Shown here: positions 54,331-63,335 of the stretch, piece after piece
How the letters are laid out: each line of letters begins with the position of its first letter
Position numbering within the stretch: position 1 is the stretch's first letter
Origin: Isurus oxyrinchus
Lineage: Eukaryota
DNA: 64,000 bases
NCBI GenBank assembly: GCA_026770705.1
Contig: JANJGN010000013.1
Location: 61,442,001 to 61,506,000 of the forward strand
Direction: 5' to 3'
Translations under genes and position numbers: made by a program
Notes under the pieces: generated by a model
What the model was told of the DNA's origin: nothing
The model's input: the letters and a program-made list of their open reading frames with translations, nothing else
The model's database searches: none

Positions 54331-55318
54331 ATACTTTTTCAAACACTCTCGCCAGCCTACATTTCCTGCCAGCCTCTCCTGAAATTTGCTCCTGCCACGT
54401 TTTACCACTTCAACGCTATTTACGCCTCAATACAAACACAAGTGACGCCTCCACAACCATGTCCATCACACACAAAACTTTACATGTAATATGCCTCATG
54501 CATCAAATCACACTTCTCACACAATCAAGACCCAAACTGCAAACACACCACTCTGAGCAAACTACATTTATACCTAGCTCCTTGCTGCATTCCACATTGT
54601 ATTCTAGGACTGCATCTTTCAATGCCATGGGGTACACTGCTGTTTCTCAAACCCAGGCCAACTGTTTCAAACAATACCACTTCCTCTACACAAAAACAAC
54701 TCACTTCAACTCCCTTAATTTGGTAAGTACTTGCAAGGAAATCAGTGTCTTTAACATTCCAATTCATCCCCGGATGTGAAGCACATTACTGACCAAGGAG
54801 ATGCCTTTGAATGCTGGGCCTTTCAGGTGCTAATGTTCAGAGTAATGCCATTGGCCAGGGGTAAAGGGGCTGCAAATTCCGTTCGTTCAATTCCAATATT
54901 GGGAGCTGCTGCTCATTGACTGATCTTCAGCCATCGCAGGTCCATCACGTTAATGTCATGAAAAGAAAGTCATGTGAATGAGAGGCTGAAATGTCCGCTT
55001 GGAAGGATTAAGACTTACTGCCGTGTTTTTTGAAGGACTTGTGTTCCAATGGCAACTGTATTGCTTGTGTTTGGTCAAGCTGGATGCCAAAATGTGTCTC
55101 AAAAAATGATGTGTGCTGCAAGGTGGTAAAACTGTTGTTGAAGAAAAAAGCTATGAGTCTAAAGGTTGTTTGTGGAGCACGAAAGTAGAATTTTGTCACT
55201 GCCTGTTAAATCAAGCACGATGGTTGTGCTTTGTCTCTGCACAGGAGACAACAGTGTGCTCCAGTTCAGCTGGTGTACAGAATTTGCAGCACATCTCAAC
55301 CAAAATGAAAAACAACTT

Positions 55319-55423
55319 GTCAGGATAGCTGAGTGATCTAAGGTGCCAAACTCTTTTCCTTGCAACGGCCTGGTGAATGCTTGTCCCTTTCTAGGGGCGT
55401 GGGTTCAAATCCCACTCCTGACA
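55319..55423 (+). pseudogene. tRNA-Leu pseudogene, class D, 14-bp deletion through anticodon and 5' splice site
   Basis: ...CCAAACTC|TTTTCCTTG...; 105 bp instead of 119. Confidence 0.88.
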
Positions 55424-55672
55424 ATACTTTTTCAAATACTCTCGCCAGCTTACATTTCCAGCCAGCCTCTCCTTAAATTTGCTCCTGCCACGTTTTACCA
55501 CTTCAACGCTATTTACGCCTCAATACAAACACAAGTGACGCCTCCACAACCATGTCCATCACACACAAAACTTTACATGTAATATGCCTCATGCATCAAA
55601 TCACACTTCTCACACAATCAAGACCCAAACTGCATACACACCACTCTGAGCAAACTACATTTATACCTAGCT

Positions 55673-56369
55673 GACCTGCGGTCTGTCCGCAAGAATGACC
55701 CAAACCTCCCTGTCGCTTGCCATTTTAACACTCCACCCTGCTCTCTTGCCCACATGTCTGTCCTTGGCTTGCTGCATTGTTCCAGTGCAGCCCAACGCAA
55801 ACTGGAGGAACAACACCTCATCTTCCGACTAGGCACCTTACAGCCTTCCGGACTGAATATTGAATTCAACAACTTTAGGTCGTGAGCTCCCTCCCCCATC
55901 CCCACCCCATTTCTGTTTCCCCCTTTCTTTTTTTTTCCAATAAATTATATAGATTTTTCTTTTCCCACCTATTTCCATTATTTTTAAATATTTTAAAATC
56001 TTTTATGCTCTCCCCACCCCCATTAGAGCTATACCTTGAGTGCCCTACCATCCATTCTTAATTAGCACATTCGTTTAGATAATATCACCAACTTTAACTT
56101 TAACACCTATGTGTTCTATTGTACCATTGTTGTTGACATCTTTTGATGATCTGCTTCTATCACTGCTTGTTTGTCCATACAACCACCTCTCTCTCTCTCT
56201 ATCTCTCCACCCCCCACACACACACCTTAAACCAGCTTATATTTCAACTTTTTCTTGGACTCGAACTCAAGTTCTGTCGAAGGGTCATGAGGACGCGAAA
56301 CGTCAACTCTTTTCTTCTCCGCCGATGCTGCCAGACCTGCTGAGTTTTTCCAGGCAATTCTGTTTTTGT
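55673..56369 (+). mobile_element. 5'-truncated Penelope-like retroelement insertion with 13-bp target-site duplication
   Basis: TSD TTTATACCTAGCT at 55660-55672 and 56370-56382. 55673-55885 encodes the GIY-YIG C-terminal part (LRSVRKNDPNLPVACHFN...EQHLIFRLGTLQPSGLNIEFNNFRS*). Hammerhead-like motif near the 3' end. Confidence 0.9.
56270..56308 (+). ncRNA. Minimal hammerhead-ribozyme-like motif in the Penelope 3' terminus (variant core)
   Basis: AGTT-CTGTCGA-A-GGGTC.ATGAG.GACGC-GAAA-CG-TC-AACT: stem I AGTT/AACT, core like CUGANGA...GAAA..UH, minimal stem III. Penelope-like elements are known to carry such motifs. Confidence 0.65.
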
Positions 56370-57128
56370 TTTATACCTAGCTCCTTGCTGCATTCCACAT
56401 TGTATTCTAGGACTGCATCTTTCAATGCCATGGGGTACACTGCTGTTTCTCAAACCCAGGCCAACTGTTTCAAACAATGTCACTTCTTTACACAAAAACA
56501 ACTCTGTTCAACTCCCTTAATTTGGTAAGTACTAGCAAGGAAATCAGTGTCTTTAACATTCCAACTCATCCCCGGTGTGAAGCACATTACTGACCAATGA
56601 GATGCCTTTGAATGCTGGGCCTTTCAGGTGCTAATGTTCAGAGTAATGCCATTGGCCAGTAACAAAGGGGCTGCAAATTCCGTTCGTTCAATTCTAATAT
56701 TGGGAGCTGCTGCTCATTGACTGATCTTCAGCCATCGCAGGTCCATCACGTTAATGTCATGAAAAGAAAGTCATGTGAATGAGAGGCTGAAATGTTCGCT
56801 TGGAAGGATTATGTCTTACTGCCGTGTTTTTTGAAGGACTTGTGTTCCAATGGCAACTGTATTGCTTGCATTTGGACAAGCTGGATGCCAAAATGTGTCT
56901 CAAAAAATGATGTGTGTTGCAAGGTGGTAAAATGACTGTTGATGAATAAAAGCTGTGAGTCTAAAGGTTGTTTATGGAGCTGGAAAGTAGAATTTTGGCA
57001 CTGCCTGTTAAATCAAGCATGAGCAATTGATGGTTGTGTTTTGTCACTGCACAAGAGACAACGGTGTGCTCCAGTTCAGTTAGTGTACAGAATATGGAGC
57101 ACATATCAACACTGTTAAACAACAACTT

Positions 57129-57247
57129 GTCAGGATAGCTAAGTGGTCTAAGGTGCCATACTCAAGGAGTGTGATTCCTTTCCTTATAATGGCTTGGTGA
57201 ATTCTGATTCTTTTCTAGGGGTGTGGGTTCAAATCCTGCTACTGACA
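57129..57247 (+). pseudogene. tRNA-Leu(CAA) pseudogene, class B
   Basis: Class B D arm and 3' exon; T4 in variable arm. Confidence 0.85.
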
Positions 57248-58243
57248 TTAATTTTTCAAATGCTCTCGCCAGCTTACATTTCCTGCCAGCCTCTCCTGAA
57301 ATTTGCTCCTGCCACATTTTACCACTTCAACGCTATTTACGCCTCAATACAAACACAAGTGACGCCTCCACAACCATGTCCATCACACACAAAACTTTAC
57401 ATTTAATATGCCTCATGCATCAAATCACACTTCTCACACAATCAAGACCCAAACTGCAAACACACCACTCTGAGCAAACCGCATTTATACCTAGCTCCTT
57501 GCTGCATTCCACATTGCATTCTAGGACTACATCTTTCAATGCCATGGGGTACACTGCTGTTTCTCAAACCCAGGCCAACTGTTTCAAACAATGCCACTTC
57601 TTCTACACAAAAACAACTCACTTCAACTCCCTTACGTTGGTAAGTACTTGCAAGGAAATCAGAGACTTTAACATTCCAACTCATCCCCGGATGTGAAGCA
57701 TATTACTGACCAATGAGATGCCTTTGAATGCTGGGCTTTTCAGGTGGCAATATTCGGAGTAATGCCATTGGCCAGGGGCACAGGGGCTGCAAATTCCCTT
57801 TGTTCAATTCCAATATTGGGAGCTGCTGCTCGTTGACTGATCTTCAGCCGCCGCACGTCCATCACGTTAATGTCATGAAAAGAAAGTCATGTGAATGAGA
57901 GGCTGAAATGTCCGCTTGGAAGGATTATGTCTTACTGCCGTGTTTTTTGAAGGACTTGTGTTCCAATGGCACGTGTGTTGCTTGCATTTGGTCAAGCTGG
58001 ACGCCAAAATGTGTCTCAAAAAATGATGTGTGCTGCAAGGTGGTAAAACTGTTGTTGAAGAAAAAAGCTGTGAGTCTAAAGGTTGTTTGTGGAGCACGAA
58101 AGTAGAATTTTGTCACTGCCTGTTAAATCAAGCACGAGCAATTGATGGTTGTGCTTTGTCACTGCACAAGAGACAACGGTGTGCTCCAGTTCAGTTAGTG
58201 TACAGAATTTGCAGCACATATCAACCAAAATGAAAAACAACTT

Positions 58244-58362
58244 GTCAGGATAGCTGAGTGGTCTAAGGTGCCAGATGCAATGAATGTGATTCTTTTCCTT
58301 GCAACGGCCTGGTGAATGCTCGTCCCTTTCTAGGGGCGTGGATTCAAATCCCCCTCCTGACA
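58244..58362 (+). pseudogene. tRNA-Leu pseudogene, class D
   Basis: CCAGATGCAAT loop, B box GGATTCAAAT, intronic T4. Confidence 0.85.
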
Positions 58363-59354
58363 ATACTTTTTCAAATACTCTCGCCAGCCTACATTTCCTG
58401 CCAGCCTCTCCTGAAATTTGCGCCTGCCACGTTTTACCACTTCAACTCTATTTACGCCTCAATACGAACACAAGTGACGCCTCCACAACCATGTCCATCA
58501 CACACAAAACTTTACATTTAATATGCCTCATGCATCAAATCACACTTCTCACACAATCAAGACCCAAACTGCAAACACACCACTCTGAGCAAACTACATT
58601 TATACCTAGCTCCTTGCTGCATTCCACATTGTATTCTAGGACTGCATCTTTCAATGCCATGGGGTACACTGCTGTTTCTCAAACCCAGGCCAACTGTTTC
58701 GAACAATGCCACTTCCTCTACACAAAAACAACTCACTTCAACTCCCTTAATTTGGTAAGTACTTGCAAGGAAATCAGTGTTTTTAACATTCCAACTCATC
58801 CCCGGATGTGAAGCACATTATGACCAATGAGATGCCTTCGAATGCTGGGCCTTTCAGGTGCTAATGTTCAGAGTAATGCCATTGGCCAGGGGCACAGGGG
58901 CTGCAAATTCCGTTCGTTCAATTCCAATATTGGGAGCTGCTGCTCATTGACTGGTCTTCAGCTGTCGCAGGTCCATCACGTTAATGTCATGAAAAGAAAG
59001 TCATGTGAATGAGAGGCTGCAATGTCCTCTTTGAAGGATTATTCCCTTCTGCTTTTTTTTGAAGGACTTGTGTTCCAATGGCAACTGTGTTGCTTGCATT
59101 TGGTCAAGCTGGACGCCAAAATGTGTCTCAGAAAATGATGTGTGCTGCAAGGTGGTAAAATAGCTTTTGGTGTATAAAAGCTGTGAGTCTGAAGCTTGTT
59201 TGTGGAGCAGGAAAGGAGAATTTTGTCACTGCCTGTTAAATCAAGCACGAGCAATTGATGATTGTGCTTTGTCACTGCACAAGAGACAACGGTGTGCTCC
59301 AGTTGTTAGTGTACAGAATTTGCAGCACACATCAATAATAATAAATAGCAACTT

Positions 59355-59473
59355 GTCAGGATGGCTGAGTTGTGTAAGGTGCCAGACTCAAGGAGTGAGA
59401 TTCCTTACCTTGCAATGGCTTGGTGAATTCTGGTTCCTTTCTTGGGGCGTGGGTTCAAATCCCCCTCCTGACA
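59355..59473 (+). pseudogene. tRNA-Leu(CAA) pseudogene (edge copy)
   Basis: D loop GAGTTGTGTAA, T-stem mismatch. Confidence 0.85.
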
Positions 59474-59876
59474 AACTTTTGAAATGCTCTCCCAAGCCTA
59501 CATTTCCTGCCAGCCTCTCCTGAAATATGCGCCTGCCACATTTTACCACTTCGATGCTATTTACGACTCAATACAAACACAAGTTACACCTCCACTACCA
59601 TGTCCATCACAAACAAAACTTTACATGTTATATGCCTCATGCATCAAATCACACTTCTCACACAATCAAGACCCAAACTGCAAACACACCACTCTGAGCA
59701 AACTGCATTTATACCTAGCTCCTTGCTGCATTCCACATGGCATTCTAGGACTGCATCGTTCAATGCCATGGGGTACACTGCTGTTTCTCAAAACCAGGAC
59801 AACTGTTTCAAACAATGCCACTTCTTCTACACAAAAACAACTCACTTCAACTCCCTTACTTTGGCAAGTACTTGCA

Positions 59877-59976
59877 NNNNNNNNNNNNNNNNNNNNNNNN
59901 NNNNNNNNNNNNNNNNNNNNNNNNNNNNNNNNNNNNNNNNNNNNNNNNNNNNNNNNNNNNNNNNNNNNNNNNNNNN
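59877..59976. other. Assembly gap (100 N)
   Basis: Run of exactly 100 N; true size unknown. Confidence 0.99.
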
Positions 59977-60398
59977 TCAATGTACCGGAGGAAGAGTTGT
60001 GGGAGGGGGAATGTTCCACATACCCGATAAAGAGATAGGCATAGCTGGGGCCCATGCGGGTACCCATAGCCACACCTTTTATTTGGAGGAAGTGAGAGGA
60101 GTTAAAGGAGAAATTGTTCAGCGTGAGAACAAGTTCAGCCAGACGGAGGAGAATAGTGGTGGATGGGGATTGTTATGGGCCTCTGTTCGAGGAAGAAGCT
60201 AAGAGCCCTCAGACCATCCTGGTGGGGGATGGAGTTGTAGAGGGATTGGATGTCCATGGTGAAGAGAAGGTGGTTGGGGCCAGGGAACTGGAAATTGTTG
60301 ATATGACATAAGGTGTCAGAGGAATCACGGATGTAGGTGGGAAGGGACTGGACAAGGGGAGAGAGAAGGGAGTTAAGATAACGAGAAATGAGTTCCGT
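59977..60398 (-). pseudogene. Penelope-type reverse transcriptase fragment (frameshifted)
   Basis: Manual translation TELISRYLNSLLSPLVQSLPTYIRDSSD...LFTMDIQSLYNSIPHQDGL...(frameshift near 60177)...LLRLAELVLTLNNFSFNSSHFLQIKGVAMGTRMGPSYAYLF, matching RT motifs A and B'. Confidence 0.9.
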
Positions 60399-60402
60399 CT
60401 AA

Positions 60403-60753
60403 GGGCCCAAACACTCCTTTCAAGTGAAGCAGCATTTTACTCGCATTTTCCCCAACTTAGTCTACTGCATTCATTGCTCCCAATGCGGTTTTCTCTACAT
60501 TGGACAGACCAACCGAAGACTGGGAGACCGCTTTGCAGAACACCTTCCGTCTGTCCGCAAGAATGACCCAGACCTCCCTGTCACTTGCCATTTTAACACT
60601 CCACCCTGCTCTCTTGCCCACATGTCTGTCCTTGGCTTGCTGCACTGTTCCAGTGAAGCTCAACGCAAACTGGAGAAACAGCACCTCATCTTCCGACTAG
60701 TCACTTTGCAGCCTTTCGGACTGAATACTGAGTTCAACAACTTTAGATCTTGA
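60403..60753 (+). pseudogene. Penelope GIY-YIG (Uri) endonuclease domain fragment
   Basis: GPKHSFQVKQHFT...NLVYCIHCSQCGFLYIGQTNRRLGDRFAEH...HFN...LEKQHLI...GLN: VY-CxxC-YIG signature. Confidence 0.92.
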
Positions 60754-61065
60754 ATGACCTCCTCCATCCCCACCCCCTTTCTGTTTCTTCCCCCTCCCTT
60801 TTGTTTTTTCCAATAATTTATATAGATTTTTTTCCCCACCTATTTCCATTATATTTAAATCTATACTTTTATGCTCTTTTAGTCTTATTTCACCCCACCC
60901 CCACCAGAGCTATCTGTACCTTGAATGTCCCTGCTATCCATTCTTAATTAGCACATTCTTTTAGATTATATCACCATCTTCAATAACTCTTTGTTCTCTT
61001 GTCTGTGACATCTTTTGGTTATCTGCTCCTATCACTGCCTGCTTGTCGCTACAACCATCCCTGCA

Positions 61066-61156
61066 CCCCCCCCACCCTCCACTTCTTCCCCCCCACCCAC
61101 CCCCCCCCGCACCTCTCTCCCCAACCACCGCCCCCCCCCCCCCCCCCCCCCCCCCC
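61066..61156 (+). repeat. C-rich low-complexity tract including C26 within the Penelope 3' UTR
   Basis: C runs from 61066, uninterrupted C at 61131-61156. Confidence 0.9.
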
Positions 61157-61199
61157 ACCTTAAACTAGCTTATATTTCACCCCTCTCCTATTTTTACTT

Positions 61200-61239
61200 A
61201 GTTCTGTTGAAGGGTCATTCGGACTCAGAAACATTGACT
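61200..61239 (+). ncRNA. Degenerate hammerhead-like motif (Penelope 3' terminus)
   Basis: AGTT-CTGTTGA-AGGGTC.ATTCG.GACTC-A-GAAA-CA-TT-GACT. Confidence 0.5.
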
Positions 61240-61732
61240 GTGTTCCTCTCTGCAGATGCTGCCAGACCTGCTGAGTTTTTCCAGGTATTTTTGTTTTTGT
61301 TTACTGACAAACTAGATGCCTTTGAATGCTGGGCCTTTCAGGTGGTAATGTTCAGAGTAACGCCTCAATACAAACACAAGTTACACTTCCACAACCATGT
61401 CCATGACACACAAAACTTTACACATAATATACCTCATCTTTCAAATGACACTTCTCCCACAATCATGACCCAAACTGCAAACACACCACTCTGAGCAAAC
61501 TACGTTTATTCGGAGCTCCTTGCTGCATTCCACATTGCATTCTAGGACTACATCTTTCAATGCCATGGGGTACACTGCTGTTTCTCAAACCCAGGACAAC
61601 TGTTTCAAACAATGCCACTTCTTCTACACAAAAACAACTCACTTCAACTCCCTTACTTTGGCAAGTACTTGCAAGGATACCATTGAATTTACCTTTCCAA
61701 GTCATCCCCTGATGAGAAGCAGAATACTGACA

Positions 61733-62170
61733 CACCCCCTTTCCAATAATTTATATAGATTTTTCTTTTCCCACCTATTTCCATTTTTTAAAATTTATTT
61801 CCATCCATTCTTTTAACTTTACCTTTTTCGATTCCTTCACCCCACCCCACCCCGTCTAGGGCCATCTGTAAATTTTGTGTCCTGCTTTCTACCCTTAATT
61901 AGCACATTCTTTAGATAATATCGCCACATTCAACATCTCTTTGTCCTTTTGACTGTGACATCTTTTGGTTATCTCCACGTATCACTGACCCTTTACCCAG
62001 TTCAACTTGTCCCACACCACCCGCCCCCCCTTAAAGCAGCTTATATTTCACCCCTCTCCTATTTTTACTTAGTTCTGTTGAAGGGTCATTCGGACTCGAA
62101 TCATTGACTGTGTTCCTCTCTGCAGATGCTGCCAGACCTGCTGAGTTTTTCCAGGTATTTTGTTTTTGTT
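61733..62170 (+). mobile_element. Short Penelope-like 3' fragment with 8-bp target-site duplication
   Basis: TACTGACA at 61725-61732 and 62171-62178; homologous to the 3' UTR of the other copies; hammerhead-like motif at 62071-62109. Confidence 0.85.
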
Positions 62171-62755
62171 TACTGACAAACTGGATGCCTTTGAATGCTG
62201 GGCCTTTCAGGTGGTAATGTTCAGAGTAATGCGATTGGCCAGGGGCACAGGGGCTGCAAATGCCCTTCGTTCAATTCCAATATTGGGAGCTGCTGCTCAT
62301 TGTCTGGTCTTCAGCCGTTGCAGGTCTATCACGTTAATGTCATGAAAAGAAAGGCATGTGAATGAGAGGCTGAAATGTCCGCTTGGAAGGATTATTCCCT
62401 TCTGCTGTGTGTTTTGAAGGACTTGTGTTCCAATGGCAACTCTGTTGCTTGCGATTGGTGAAGCTGGTGGCAGAAATGTGTCTCAGAAAATGATGTTTGC
62501 TGCAAGGGGGTAAATGGCTGTTGATGAATAAAAGCTGTGAGTCTGAAGGTTGTTTGTGGAGCAGGAAAGGAGAATTTTGGCACTGCCTGTTAAATCAAGC
62601 ACGAGCAATTGATGGTTGTGCTTTGTCACTACACAAGAGACAACGGTGTGCTCCAGTTCAGTTAGTGTACAGAATTTGCAGCACACCCTGGCAATCTTGA
62701 GCAGCTGCTCAACAATGGAAATAGGTGGGAAAAAAAAAATCTATATAAATTATTG

Positions 62756-62844
62756 GAGTGGTCTCACGGAGTGTGATGCCTTGCAATGGCTTGGTGAATT
62801 CTGGTCCCTTTCTCAGGGCATGGGTTCAAATCCCACTCCTGACG
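62756..62844 (+). pseudogene. tRNA-Leu remnant (5' end replaced, internal deletions)
   Basis: GAGTGGTCT..GGAGTGTGAT..TTCTGGTCCC...GGGTTCAAATCCCACTCCTGAC. Confidence 0.85.
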
Positions 62845-63335
62845 TTCCTTTTTCAACCGCACAAATGCTCTCGCCAGCTTACATTTCCTGCCAGGCTCTC
62901 CTGAAATTTGCGCCTGCCACATTTTACCACTTCAACGCTATTTACGCCTCAGTACAATCACAAGTTACGCCTCCACAACCATATCCATGACACACAAAAC
63001 TTTACACGTAATATGCCTCATGTATCAAATCACACTTCTCACACAATCAAGACCCAAACTGCAAACACACCACTCTGAGCAAACTGCATTTATACCTAGC
63101 TCCTTGCTGCGTTCCACATTGCATTCTAGGACTGCATCTTTCAATGCCATGGGGTACACTGCTGTTTCTCAAACCCAGGCCAACTGTTTCAACCAATGCC
63201 ACTTCTTTTACACAAAAACAACTCACTTCAACTCCCTTACTTTGGCAAGTACTTGCAAGGTTATCAGTGACTTTAACTTTCCAAGTCATCTGCTGGTGAG
63301 AAGCACAGTCTGGTGACAGACTCGATGCCTTTGAA

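Larger units (their letters stand above)
59977..61300. mobile_element. Penelope-like retroelement with 5' inversion (RT fragment on minus strand; GIY-YIG and 3' end on plus strand)
   Basis: Orientation switches at about 60399. The 3' end ...GCCAGACCTGCTGAGTTTTTCCAGGTATTTTTGTTTTTGT joins array sequence TTACTGAC at 61301. The left end is in the gap. Confidence 0.88.
76..63335 (+). repeat. Tandem array of ~1115-bp units, each carrying an intron-containing tRNA-Leu(CAA) gene or pseudogene (54 copies plus a remnant)
   Basis: Gene start GTCAGGAT recurs at 715, 1828, 2943, 4058, 5174 ... 59355, with a period of 1104-1123 bp except where a unit is interrupted by an insertion. Spacers are alignable by eye. 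Homology begins at about 76 and continues in degenerate form past the gap to about 63335. Confidence 0.98.

Noticed and set aside
715-59473. tRNA-derived SINE copies
   Set aside because: Copies retain the intron and full cloverleaf, lack tails and TSDs, and share ~1 kb of flank, which indicates DNA-level tandem amplification.
76-59876. CRISPR array or prokaryotic repeat system
   Set aside because: The period is ~1.1 kb, the spacers are homologous rather than unique, there are no cas genes, and the content is eukaryotic.
713-59900. Recurring 100-190 aa ORFs on both strands (e.g. MQRLGEFWSLSRGVGSNPTPD..., MVNSGPFLGAWVQIP..., MSWNVKDTDFLAST...)
   Set aside because: They overlap the tRNA gene and spacer in several frames at once, mostly use non-ATG starts, show no recognisable domain, and gain stops and frameshifts freely between copies. 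They recur only because the DNA repeats.
59484-60202. ORFs spanning the N run
   Set aside because: They are artefacts of reading through the assembly gap; only the minus-strand RT residues to the right of the gap are meaningful.
60424-60753. Stand-alone functional GIY-YIG nuclease gene
   Set aside because: It is the C-terminal domain of a rearranged Penelope ORF with no ATG start, and the neighbouring RT is inverted and frameshifted.
60961-61494. Gly-rich and Pro-rich ORFs
   Set aside because: They are translations of the poly-C tract in the Penelope 3' UTR.
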